From positions 1 through 64,000 of the forward strand of contig JBLFWU010000003.1 of the NCBI GenBank assembly GCA_047610985.1: a stretch of DNA of 64,000 bases. Direction: 5' to 3'. Of the stretch, positions 49,875 to 59,653 are shown one piece after another. The translations under genes were made by a program, and so were the position numbers. The stretch's first letter is position 1. Each line of letters starts with the position of its first letter. Under the pieces are notes generated by a model that saw only the letters and a list, made by a program, of their open reading frames with translations, was not told where the DNA came from and ran no database searches. The stretch comes from Nitrospinales bacterium (GTDB lineage: Bacteria; Nitrospinota; Nitrospinia; Nitrospinales; VA-1).

Positions 49875-50678
49875 TTATTTAAAAACGCGTTTGAAAAAAT
49901 CGAGCATGGCTGCCCAAGCTTGTTCATCGGCTTTTTTATTGTATTGGAGCGCGGCAATATTGAATTTCTTACTGAACTCATCGGCTTGTGGATTCGTGAA
50001 GCTATGCTTCACCCCTTTCAGGTTCATGTAGGTAAAATCAACATTAGCTTTGAACATATCTTGAGAAAAGGAAGACACCGATTCGGGTTTCAAGAAACCA
50101 TCTTCTGATCCGTTGATAATCAGCACCGCAGACTTCATAGATTTTTTTGTAATAGTAGGTTCAACAGGTAACGCGCTGTGGAACGCGACGACCCCTTTTA
50201 AACCTGCGCCGCCTCTTGCCATTTTAATGGATACCGCACCGCCGAAACAAAAACCTATAGAACCTATACGCGTAGCATCTACGGTTTTATGCTTTTTCAA
50301 AACTTCCATGGCCTTGTTATATCGCGCCTGAGAGTCCGGCCAGTTGCTAAAAGCGGCGTTCATGAACTCACCGGCTTTCTTAGGATGGTTCGCCAGTTTT
50401 CCACTACCATACATGTCCAGAGCTAAAGCCGTATAACCTGCTTCAGCCAGCATTTTAGCTCGATTACGTGCATGGTCGTTATGTCCCCACCATTCATGCA
50501 CCACCAGCACACCGGGGCGTTTGCCTGATTTGGAATCGTCATAAGCCAGATAGCCCGTTAACTTTGTACCGTTGTGGCTGTATTCAATCTCTTCTGTCTT
50601 TACCTCTGCATTTGCCAAAGTAACAAAACTTAATAAAGCAATAACAGCGAATATTTTTTTCATGGAATTAAACTCCAT
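49875..50678 (-). CDS. Dienelactone hydrolase-family protein, secreted
   Basis: Signal peptide. HEWWGHN. Nucleophile elbow GFCFGG. C-terminal His. Confidence 0.85.
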   Translation of the reverse strand: MEFNSMKKIFAVIALLSFVTLANAEVKTEEIEYSHNGTKLTGYLAYDDSKSGKRPGVLVVHEWWGHNDHARNRAKMLAEAGYTALALDMYGSGKLANHPKKAGEFMNAAFSNWPDSQARYNKAMEVLKKHKTVDATRIGSIGFCFGGAVSIKMARGGAGLKGVVAFHSALPVEPTITKKSMKSAVLIINGSEDGFLKPESVSSFSQDMFKANVDFTYMNLKGVKHSFTNPQADEFSKKFNIAALQYNKKADEQAWAAMLDFFKRVFK

Positions 50679-50845
50679 TATAATTTTTAAATAGATGAGA
50701 AATTGTACCGGGCAAAAACAGGAAAAGGAAGAAAAATCAGTTCTCAGAAAACAGGCTATTTTTTTTGCAAAACTAAAAAACCTTCTTGTTCACTTGCTCT
50801 ATTTTATTGTCTGAAAAAACAAGCATCGACCTATTGCTCGCCACG

Positions 50846-51601
50846 CTAGTGGTCTTTCCATTTGGCATTGATGGCGAGGGAGCCCATGCGGATGCCGCCC
50901 ATTCTCAGGCTGGTCAACAGGTCGAGAGATGGAATAAAAAACAGGCCACGGGTTTTGGCGGGTTGTGTTAGGGACTCGCTATGCTCTTCCAGTTTGGATG
51001 AGTTTTTATCGAATGTAAGGATATAATCCCCATACTCACTATCAGCTTTATAGTTATAGCGGTGCTGGGGTAACTCCGTAGGTGTTATATCGTTGGTTAA
51101 GAAATGGTGTGTGCTCAGAAAACTGCTTTGTGCCTGATCGAGGTAATTGGGGTGCTCGATCAGTACTTGCTCTTTCACTTCTGCAATATTGGAATGTTCG
51201 CCGCCCTCGACTTCAACGTCTTCAATCAGTTCGCCGTCTCTTCCAAACAATTCTCCTACCTGCTTGGCTAATTCACGGTTCAGCTTCGGGTGACCCGAAG
51301 AAAAATAAAGCAACAAATCACCTTCAGACTCCGGCACTTCCTCATCCCCGACATCTATTTCATCGAAAGCGCGAAAACCACCTGGGGACGGGATATCCGG
51401 CGTGATGAGCAACCAATTCATAGGACCGAACCCAATGGTCACAAAATGCGGCTCACCATCAGCGACCTCGTAAGCCATTCCTGGAGTCTGAGCACCGATG
51501 CGCGCCACATTCATGGCGATCAGGGGTAGATCTTCAAAAGTATATTTTTGAATCAGTGAATACTGATATGGGGGTTTCAACACCCCTTCCTGACATTGCA
51601 C
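50846..51601 (-). CDS. Hypothetical acidic protein (251 aa)
   Basis: ORF with coding-like composition. No motif recognised. Confidence 0.45.
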   Translation of the reverse strand: MQCQEGVLKPPYQYSLIQKYTFEDLPLIAMNVARIGAQTPGMAYEVADGEPHFVTIGFGPMNWLLITPDIPSPGGFRAFDEIDVGDEEVPESEGDLLLYFSSGHPKLNRELAKQVGELFGRDGELIEDVEVEGGEHSNIAEVKEQVLIEHPNYLDQAQSSFLSTHHFLTNDITPTELPQHRYNYKADSEYGDYILTFDKNSSKLEEHSESLTQPAKTRGLFFIPSLDLLTSLRMGGIRMGSLAINAKWKDH

Positions 51602-51719
51602 GGATGACCTCCGTTCTCAATTTGCAATAGGGTCGATTGACTCTTATCTCGGTCTGCTTTATTTTAGAAAAGCAACCTCCCCAGTCCCTCCTTAACAGGA
51701 GGGGATTATTTAGTTCCAT

Positions 51720-51759
51720 GGAAAAAACAAAGGGCCTTTACCCCAAGAGGTAAGGCCCT
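51720..51759 (-). terminator. Rho-independent terminator downstream of the ACL-like operon
   Basis: On the minus strand: agggccttacc-tcttgg-ggtaaaggccct (11-bp stem with one bulge) followed by TTTGTTTTTTC. Confidence 0.65.
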
Positions 51760-51825
51760 AAGTATTATCTAAACCCAAATATGTTGCAAGCTAGCTATGT
51801 CCTATTCCAATCGGGCGTGGCACGA

Positions 51826-54540
51826 TTAGCCTACATAGAAACATTTGCTTGCTGGGGTTCGGGTATCCATATTCTTACCACGTGAAGTGTGGTCATCGAT
51901 CTCCGCTGCACAACCGATCATTCTGCCGAACAAGAAGGTAGCGAAACTTGCAGATTCGATATCCTCTTCCTTCAGCTTACCGCCGCTGAAATCGGTCCAA
52001 ACAATTTTGAGCAGGATAACGGCGATAACCGCATCGATGTTCACACAATAAACGTTCTTACTGACTTTCGCCTTGAATAAAGCTTGAACGAGGCTGTGGT
52101 AAAACTCAAGAAAAACGTTGTTAATGCCTTTTTCTTTGAACAGGCCACTAACGAAAACTTCGCGCGGATCGTAGTTCACATCTTTGCCTTTGAATATAGG
52201 ATGATTCACGCAAGGCAACTTGGCATAATCAAGATTACCCACTGCTTTTTGTTTTTTCTTATACTCAGAATATTCATTCGCAACTTTAAGAGCCATGGCA
52301 TCGAGGTCGAGACCGTGATTGCCATCAGCAGGATCTTTCAAGCCTTTGCCCTTGAAGTTTTCCATAAGGAATGCTGCCGCTTCATAACCGTTTCCGCCAT
52401 GGGCGAAACCCGTATGCGTGAGGAATCCGATAAAAGCCTTATTCACTTGCACGCGCTGGGGCTGTTCCGGTCCATCAGCACTGACTGCGCCTTTGCAGCC
52501 TTGAGCCGAAATGGTACCCGGTCCGTTGGTGATGATGAGTCCGAGTAGAACCTGAAACTCATAGAGTTCGGATTCAGAAGGCTGTCGGCCCAACAACGTG
52601 ACAAACGCTGTTTTGGTGAAACTGTAGTTCGGAATCAACTCTTCGAGTTTAACCCCGGCAATAGCATCTTCTGTATGCCTTGAAGCTGGCGCAGAAACTC
52701 CAACGATGGTGCTGTAAATACGTGAGTACCAAGGCAAACGGGTGAGCGTGTCTTTAGAAATCTTTTTACCTCGTAAAGCTTCCCACCCAAGAGTGACCCA
52801 TACCGCACCAAATAACGCATCGGTAGAGAGTTTGCCGCCATTGGCTGCTGCAAAATCTTGTACGAACTTTATAAATACAGAGTCACCTGCTTTATTGAGA
52901 CATTCGGCCAGTTTTGCTGCGCATTTATCTTCGCCATCAGCAAGCAGAGCATCTTTATATTTATCTGCTTCTTTCAATTGTGCAGAGTAATCGAATTTTT
53001 CTTTCGGTCCACCCAGTTTGGTGAATTGGAACAACTCTAATAGCGCACTGGAAGCATCCATGGCTTTCTGCACCATTTTCTTTCCGACAATCCCTACTGC
53101 GGAAGATACAACGGTGTTGGGCGAGTTGCCATTTTCTCGAGACGCTTGGGCCGCTGCCATCGTTGCTTGACCATGCTGATTGACATACATATTCAAGACA
53201 ATGTTAGCTATCTTTTCTCCATACTCACAAGTGTATTGCCGCGTGAGCGCGAAAACCAGATTGGCTTCAAAGGTTTTCATCGAAGCATCGAGAATAGATG
53301 TGTTATGAATCTTCGATACCTGAGTTTTCGGGTCCATCATCGAAGCTCCACTGGCATCCTTCAAATTTTCGCGTCGATGTTGTGCGCCCACCATTTTATC
53401 GAGAGCTTCGATCTGTTCGTTGTAAGGAGCAGTCGCTTCGACTACGGGTAAATCCAATTCAGAAGGGAGTGACAAGCCCTGGTTGTTACCGAACCACGGT
53501 TTCAGATCAAGGCTACCTCGTGAATCGAAATCCGGTTTCTTACCATTGAGTTCCATGACCTTGGTCAATGCTTCCGGGATATATGCGATGTTGGTAACCA
53601 GAGCCCCCTTTTTCGAGCATATTGGGTTTTCCGGAGTGTAAATTCCATCGACTCCAAAATAATCCATGAACCATTGTTCCTTCGCGAGAGCATCATCGCC
53701 CGCACCAGACAAAGACCCTGCATGACCGCAGGCTTTGGTCAGTCGTGCTTTCCAACGCCCTACTACACATGCAACGATAGGCTTGTCAGACTTCAGCCCC
53801 TGCTCATAGTATCCACCAGGCTCACTGTACAGAACTGCAGCCTCGGAACGATCGTCGTTATCGAATGCGTAGAGAAACTCTTTTGCCCCGTATTGAATAT
53901 AGACGTCTTTGCCACTGGAAACAGAGGTTGTGGTTCCCCACCCTGCTGTAGAAAGATATACGGCAATAGTTGTGGTGAAGTTACCGGAATTGGAAAAAAG
54001 AGCAATGGAACCTTTAATGAGTGATTCTTCAGGAGCATTGCCCCCTAACGCGCCACCCAACCGGACATGATTCCATGCATCGGCCAGTCCCAAGCAGTTG
54101 CCGCCAAACAGATCAACTCCATTTGCCTGACAAATTGCTCTCATGACTCGAGAATCTTTCACTGAAACTTTTTCAGTGAGAATAATTGCTTTAGTGAGAT
54201 CAGGATTGTCGCGTACAGCTTCGGCGAGTCCATCTTTCACACCCGAAGGGGGAAGATAAATTACAACGGTGTTGAATTTATGTCCCGCTTCCATACCTTC
54301 TTTAATAGAATTGTAAACCGGAATTTTCCCAGATTTCGTCATCAGGCTTTTGCCTGATTTTCCTGGGCCGGTACCGAACACAATATTACCACCGGAATAA
54401 TCATTACTGATCGGGGTAACACCTGAACTCTCTTTACCCAGAATATTCAATACTACGCATCTGTCATCTTTGGTTGCCAATTCAGACAGCGAGTTAATGC
54501 CACAGTAAAAGGGGAAATCCCCTACGCCTTGCTTATGCAT
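51826..54540 (-). CDS. ATP-citrate-lyase-like alpha subunit: CoA-binding/phosphohistidine domain plus a citrate-synthase-like citryl-CoA lyase domain, with a long internal insertion (904 aa)
   Basis: CoA-binding N-terminus. GHAGSLSG phosphohistidine loop. C-terminal citrate-synthase-family motifs (…VNHPIFKGKDVNYDPRE…, …GRMIGCAAEIDDH). About 300 aa longer than the ~610-aa Chlorobium-type AclA I recall. Confidence 0.8.
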   Translation of the reverse strand: MHKQGVGDFPFYCGINSLSELATKDDRCVVLNILGKESSGVTPISNDYSGGNIVFGTGPGKSGKSLMTKSGKIPVYNSIKEGMEAGHKFNTVVIYLPPSGVKDGLAEAVRDNPDLTKAIILTEKVSVKDSRVMRAICQANGVDLFGGNCLGLADAWNHVRLGGALGGNAPEESLIKGSIALFSNSGNFTTTIAVYLSTAGWGTTTSVSSGKDVYIQYGAKEFLYAFDNDDRSEAAVLYSEPGGYYEQGLKSDKPIVACVVGRWKARLTKACGHAGSLSGAGDDALAKEQWFMDYFGVDGIYTPENPICSKKGALVTNIAYIPEALTKVMELNGKKPDFDSRGSLDLKPWFGNNQGLSLPSELDLPVVEATAPYNEQIEALDKMVGAQHRRENLKDASGASMMDPKTQVSKIHNTSILDASMKTFEANLVFALTRQYTCEYGEKIANIVLNMYVNQHGQATMAAAQASRENGNSPNTVVSSAVGIVGKKMVQKAMDASSALLELFQFTKLGGPKEKFDYSAQLKEADKYKDALLADGEDKCAAKLAECLNKAGDSVFIKFVQDFAAANGGKLSTDALFGAVWVTLGWEALRGKKISKDTLTRLPWYSRIYSTIVGVSAPASRHTEDAIAGVKLEELIPNYSFTKTAFVTLLGRQPSESELYEFQVLLGLIITNGPGTISAQGCKGAVSADGPEQPQRVQVNKAFIGFLTHTGFAHGGNGYEAAAFLMENFKGKGLKDPADGNHGLDLDAMALKVANEYSEYKKKQKAVGNLDYAKLPCVNHPIFKGKDVNYDPREVFVSGLFKEKGINNVFLEFYHSLVQALFKAKVSKNVYCVNIDAVIAVILLKIVWTDFSGGKLKEEDIESASFATFLFGRMIGCAAEIDDHTSRGKNMDTRTPASKCFYVG

Positions 54541-54565
54541 TCAAACCTCCAACAGTTACGATAAG

Positions 54566-55834
54566 TTAAATTTTTAATTTGGCTTTAATTTCGTCTTTGC
54601 CACCGTTTTTCATCCACTCGTTGACTGCGAGAGCGTAATTAATAACTTCGGACATAGCACTGTCATGCCCGAAGAAACGGTAGGGAAGTCCCAAAGAATC
54701 CAGAATTTCCTTCAGATAATTCATCCCACGAATTACATTGGGGCCGCCTCGTCCGACAACAACGAAAAGCGGAACCGGACCATGCGTCTGAAAGAACTCA
54801 CGCAGTCCATCACCCATAGCACGGAATGTTTCATAGATATCCGTGTTATTGGCTTTTCCGCCAATGATAAACAGGACATTCGACTGTGGCAGCCAGTATT
54901 TAAAACTGATTTTTGAAATATCATTCATCTTTTCGTAAGGAGGGTTACCGCCAAAATCTGAAGAGATGGTAGCCTCTTCTCCCAACAATTCGGTAACCAT
55001 AGCATTTGCGCCACCACCAAAAGTCGGTGCGGTAATGCTTCCTTTATCATTCATAACGAAAACATCGCTCTGCCCCTGATAGGTGCGGAGTTGATTGATC
55101 TCTTGTTCGAACTCAGAATAGTCAGATGCGAAAAGATGCGTTGGCAAATGTAATCTTTTCCACGCCGGGTCATCCTGATCAAACGCACACTTGAAGTCGC
55201 AGGCAATGGGGGTTAATCGCCCGCCTTTACCTGGTTGCATGCGAATAGGATTGAGCTCCAACATCAACATTCCGTAGTTATTGTACAAATCCCACAGTTT
55301 TGGCAAGTTCTGAACCAAAGGACTGATCACCTGCGGTGGCGCACCCAGATCCATCAACGCATTCGAGACATGAAATGCCTTCAAACCTGTCAACGGATCA
55401 AACGGGACTACTGCCATTTTGCTGGGGTCCAATTCTTCAATATCCACACCACCATGATGGGTGATCGTCATAACAGGAGAACGAAACTCAGTACTTTCTG
55501 AAATAGAAAAATAAACTTCGTAATCCGCCGGCACCCCACCTTCATAAGTGACACCGTCAGACTTTACTTTGTTGAACCCATCCACATGTTCAGCAAAATA
55601 GAGACGTTCCTTTTCTTTTAAGGCGTCTGTAATATTGTCCACTCGGCCCAATAGACCCGACTTACCTTTTTTTCCAACGCCGCCCTTAAATACGGGTTTA
55701 ATAAATATTTGTCCGTGACGTTTGATCATGTCTTTAATTTCATCGACACTGAGTTCCGGTCCACGAACTTCAGAGTGGGTAAATTCCACTAGGTCCAACA
55801 ATTTTCTTCCCCAAAGCATGCCGGTTATCTGCAT
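54566..55834 (-). CDS. ATP-citrate-lyase-like beta subunit (succinyl-CoA-synthetase-beta-like ATP-grasp)
   Basis: ATP-grasp fold with an SCS-beta-like C-terminal CoA-ligase domain (…FGGGANAMVT…, …FIIGGKANNTD…). Sits 26 nt upstream of the alpha-like gene. Confidence 0.8.
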   Translation of the reverse strand: MQITGMLWGRKLLDLVEFTHSEVRGPELSVDEIKDMIKRHGQIFIKPVFKGGVGKKGKSGLLGRVDNITDALKEKERLYFAEHVDGFNKVKSDGVTYEGGVPADYEVYFSISESTEFRSPVMTITHHGGVDIEELDPSKMAVVPFDPLTGLKAFHVSNALMDLGAPPQVISPLVQNLPKLWDLYNNYGMLMLELNPIRMQPGKGGRLTPIACDFKCAFDQDDPAWKRLHLPTHLFASDYSEFEQEINQLRTYQGQSDVFVMNDKGSITAPTFGGGANAMVTELLGEEATISSDFGGNPPYEKMNDISKISFKYWLPQSNVLFIIGGKANNTDIYETFRAMGDGLREFFQTHGPVPLFVVVGRGGPNVIRGMNYLKEILDSLGLPYRFFGHDSAMSEVINYALAVNEWMKNGGKDEIKAKLKI

Positions 55835-56070
55835 TTTGTTTTCCTGTCCTCCAAATTAAAAATTGAAATGGATATGAGGTTCTAGCAATTCAAAAGCTAA
55901 GTAGACCAAACTGCGGTCGAACCCGCTAAATATAATTTTTTACAAGGGTTGAGCGTAAAACGAGGGCTGTATTTTATGATATTTCACCCTTTTGTCAATA
56001 ATATCCTGCGAGATAATAGATAAGAAATAAGAGGAAAGAACAAAGGAAGGAAAAGTCCTTCTAAAACAAC

Positions 56071-56871
56071 CTACTTCAAGCGTTTTTTAAGTTCCTTGAT
56101 GCGGAACTTTTCTTCATCACGAGTGATGAACCCCTGCCCGGCATCGTGCTCCAGCATAAGAATTTCAAACTTTAGCGCTTCTGCAACCGCTTGCCCATAT
56201 TTTTGTCCGGGAACCACATCGAACGTTACCACACGAGTATTAAATTTATCAGGCTGAACCTTTTTCAAAAAATCGTCAATCGTCTCCGGTTGAATTCCGC
56301 CACCTACCGACACCAATATTTTCTTTGACTGAATTTTCTTTACCGCTCGCGCTACACGATTTAAAACAGAACGATCTATTCCTGACTTTTTTAACGAGCT
56401 GGATAAATCGCTACACCCGATGGTTATCTCGTCTAAAAATTTCGTCTCAGGAGCATTCAGGATATCATCCAGTTGTTTTACAGCAGTTACCGTTTCTATA
56501 TTGATGTGTTTATTCAATCGCCCAAACTGCATGGGGGTTGTGAAGTCTCTAACAGCAGCAATAAAATTTTCAAGCCCGTAGGGAGATTCAACCATGGGTG
56601 CGATCAAACCGTCTATATTGAGAGGCACCAGCTGTTTGATATCATTTCTGGCATTGGGTCCGCCAATTTTTACAATAGCCGGCAACAGCGAAGCATCTGC
56701 CCAGAACTTAATCTGGTCAATCGTCATAGCTGCATCTTCTGTAGAAAGCTTTAATCCACAGGCACCAAAATCGTTTTTCAAATGTCTTAAAGAACGGGCT
56801 AATGTTGTCTGAAAAGATTCCGCTTTTTTAACTGGCATTATTTTCAATGAATTTTTTTTCGGCTTCATCAA
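56071..56871 (-). CDS. HpcH/HpaI-aldolase / citrate-lyase-beta (CitE)-like TIM-barrel protein
   Basis: Segments VPLNIDGLIAPMVESPYGLENF and ITIGCSDLSSSL resemble the G-x-G-x-x-P-M-V-E and I-G-x-x-D-L motifs of the HpcH/PEP-utilising TIM-barrel superfamily. 266 aa. Overlaps the upstream gene by 4 nt. Confidence 0.5.
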   Translation of the reverse strand: MMKPKKNSLKIMPVKKAESFQTTLARSLRHLKNDFGACGLKLSTEDAAMTIDQIKFWADASLLPAIVKIGGPNARNDIKQLVPLNIDGLIAPMVESPYGLENFIAAVRDFTTPMQFGRLNKHINIETVTAVKQLDDILNAPETKFLDEITIGCSDLSSSLKKSGIDRSVLNRVARAVKKIQSKKILVSVGGGIQPETIDDFLKKVQPDKFNTRVVTFDVVPGQKYGQAVAEALKFEILMLEHDAGQGFITRDEEKFRIKELKKRLK

Positions 56872-59126
56872 CGTTCGCCTTTATTTCTGAAAATAATGGA
56901 TGGGTCGATCTGATCCACCGAACCACAACCCGTGAGAATCATAGCCTTTTTCAACTCCCTCATCTTTTCCTGAAGGTAAAACGCAACACCCTCTTGCCCA
57001 GCACCAAACGCAGCAATACAAATAGGCCTGCCAATCATCACCGCATCTGCTCCTAACGCCAGCATTTTTAGGATGTCGACACCTTCTCGAATTCCACCAT
57101 CCACTAATATTTTGACTCTGCCAGCAACCGCATTAGCAATTTCTGGAAGCACTTCAGCTGTCCCCGGCATATGATCCATCACCCGCCCCCCGTGATTAGA
57201 AACCACGATGGCATCGGCTCCCGCTTCGATAGCAGATAATGTCGATTCCACATTCATAATGCCTTTTAAAATAAATGGAACTTTCAGGTGCGATTTCAAT
57301 TCCTGTAATTCTTCGATGGTTTTGGGCCCTACCGCCTGCCCTTTCATTGACATAGTTTTGAAAGAAGCCGCATCGATATCCACGCCCACTGCCAGGGCAC
57401 CTGCATCTTCCGCAGCCTTGAAACGCTTGATAATATCGAGATTGAATTCGCGCGGTTTAAAAATAGGAATCCCTAACCCGCCGTGTTTTTTAATCGCTTC
57501 TAACCCGATCAAATATTTTTTAGGGCTTGCGCCGTCGCCCACCATGCCTAATGTCCCACACTGCAGACAACCGTCAAGAATGGCGTTCGCATACTCTTTT
57601 TCATCCATGCCACCTGCAAGATTGGTTTCCATCCCCGTAATAGGAGCCGCCAAAACTGGCATGGCTAATTTATGACCAAATAGTTCTATCGATGTGTCGG
57701 GATTTTTAATTCTATGAATGGTGCGGAGATTAACCTGATAACGCGCCAATGCGGTAAGATTCTCGGTGAAGGAACTGCCTGTGCCAATGCCGCCAATGCC
57801 TGGCACTTTTCCAGCACATTCCAAACCATCGCAAACCGTACAGGCCTTGCAAGCAACGTAGAATTTTTTTCTGGCATTATTTCGAATAATATCCCAGGTC
57901 AAAGCGTTGGAAGCACCAACTTCGATTTGAATCGTTTCTCTTGCCAGGTCGTTTATGCGAATCGCTTCTTCGCGGGTCTTGGCGACGGTGATGACATAGC
58001 CCACTTTGCCCATATTGCTTTTTGGCTCTTCCACCCAGTCGCCGGCCTCTTTCATGAGAATGATTTCCCGAACCCCTTTAATTTTTCTTGCATCTTCCAC
58101 ACCCCGTATAGAAAGAATTTTTCCGGGCAGGGGAATCAAAGAACGTTCTGCCGCAACGAGTGTGGTTTTCGGTTTCAGGTCATCAGGCGATTCACCAAGA
58201 GCAACCTGGATAGCAGCCTTATATAAATTGACTCCAGACGATAAAGGATAGGTATAAGCCGACATCCAACCGCCACTCAGACGTGCGGCTATCTCAACAA
58301 TTTTTGGACCGTCTGAGGTAAATTTGATATCACCCTTAGCGGCACCTGTGTCAATACCCAAGGCACGAATCGCCTGTTTAAAAACTTCAATCGTTTTCTC
58401 GATCTGCTGTTTTGGCAGATTCGATGGCAGAGTATGCCCGACTTCGACAAAATAGGGAGATCGTTCAATAATCCGATCAGCAACACCGGTTATATGTATG
58501 TCCTCGTTAAAGATCAGCGCATCCAGACTTAGTTCTGGTCCTACCATAAATTCTTCAATGACTAGTTTTCCGCTGATAGAAGCCTCTTTGGCTTCGCGGA
58601 ATGCCGGGATCAAATCGTCAGGGCGTTCTATTTTACGCACACCTCGTGCACCCATGTTATCGCAGGGTTTTATAACCAGTGGAAGCTCCATAGAATTTAA
58701 CGCTTCGCGCCCTTCATCCAAAGTCCAAACCGGACGAAACTGTGGAACCGGCACACCTTTTTCCTGCAGAACCTGACGCATCTTGATCTTGTCTGTCGCC
58801 CGCTCCGCTACTTCGAAAGGGATACCTGGAAGGTTCAAAGCATCCGCTACGGCGGCAACGGTTTGCGAGGCATCGGTGCCAACCGTCATCACCCCATCCA
58901 AAGGACAAGACATATGAAACTGTTTTGCGGTGTTAACGGTGAGATTAATATTGCGAGTACTGACTTCTATAGGAAAATCGGCCAGCAGCATGCCTTCCGA
59001 TTCCGGGTTGTAATCTGTCACGACCACTTTTAGCCCCATCGACTTGGCGATTTTAATGGCAGGCACCTGAAAAACCCCGCCGCCGATGATCATTAAATGT
59101 TTAGGACGATTTACAGGCATGTACAA
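56868..59126 (-). CDS. Fusion protein: N-terminal ATP-grasp domain + Cys-rich linker + C-terminal FMN-dependent alpha-hydroxy-acid-dehydrogenase-like TIM barrel
   Basis: ATP-grasp N-domain. Linker CKACTVCDGLECAGK. C-terminal VVSNHGGRVMD and LVDGGIREGVDILKMLALGADAVMIGRP, which match glycolate-oxidase/lactate-oxidase-family FMN-binding motifs. Confidence 0.6.
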   Translation of the reverse strand: MYMPVNRPKHLMIIGGGVFQVPAIKIAKSMGLKVVVTDYNPESEGMLLADFPIEVSTRNINLTVNTAKQFHMSCPLDGVMTVGTDASQTVAAVADALNLPGIPFEVAERATDKIKMRQVLQEKGVPVPQFRPVWTLDEGREALNSMELPLVIKPCDNMGARGVRKIERPDDLIPAFREAKEASISGKLVIEEFMVGPELSLDALIFNEDIHITGVADRIIERSPYFVEVGHTLPSNLPKQQIEKTIEVFKQAIRALGIDTGAAKGDIKFTSDGPKIVEIAARLSGGWMSAYTYPLSSGVNLYKAAIQVALGESPDDLKPKTTLVAAERSLIPLPGKILSIRGVEDARKIKGVREIILMKEAGDWVEEPKSNMGKVGYVITVAKTREEAIRINDLARETIQIEVGASNALTWDIIRNNARKKFYVACKACTVCDGLECAGKVPGIGGIGTGSSFTENLTALARYQVNLRTIHRIKNPDTSIELFGHKLAMPVLAAPITGMETNLAGGMDEKEYANAILDGCLQCGTLGMVGDGASPKKYLIGLEAIKKHGGLGIPIFKPREFNLDIIKRFKAAEDAGALAVGVDIDAASFKTMSMKGQAVGPKTIEELQELKSHLKVPFILKGIMNVESTLSAIEAGADAIVVSNHGGRVMDHMPGTAEVLPEIANAVAGRVKILVDGGIREGVDILKMLALGADAVMIGRPICIAAFGAGQEGVAFYLQEKMRELKKAMILTGCGSVDQIDPSIIFRNKGER

Positions 59127-59653
59127 TGTTTAGTAGAAAATTTTTACGTTATTCAATAGTAGCTTAACGACATAAAAAAACGCCAGCTTTAACGAAACTC
59201 CGAACAATCGGATAAGAATCCAACTTTCTAGCGTATTTTAACTGTTTTCAGAAGTAAATAGGTTGAAATATTCCTACAAATGCCGTTGTTTTTATAGAAG
59301 GTTCCAATTCAGAAGTAGATGTCCCCCCCTTCAGCCCCGACTCAAAGTACCTCTTCTTATCACTTCTGAGTTTATATTGGGAAGATTAAAAAGACCCTCT
59401 AGCAAAACCCAAGATCACTGGAAGCCCAATTCAACCTTGCCAAAATTTTGCTCGAGTTTAAAAATTACAAACAGCAAGCCACTACTCATATTCAGGAGGC
59501 ATTGAAGCTGAACCCCACCCACCGCAAACCCAAGCGTTGCAAGGTCTGCTCGATCAAACAGCACCTTAACTCCCTTGTCTTTTAAAAAGTTGCCTGTGCA
59601 AGCGCATTGGTGTAGCTTTAATCCGAATACCAAAAGTTATTAATTGAGGCAAT

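Noticed and set aside
59263-59633. TPR-like peptide (…EAQFNLAKILLEFKNYKQQATTHIQEALKLNPTH…) encoded in the 530-bp spacer upstream of comM
   Set aside because: There is no in-frame start codon after the upstream stop and no RBS. This is possibly a relic of a TPR gene, and the track ORFs here (80 and 72 aa) look spurious.
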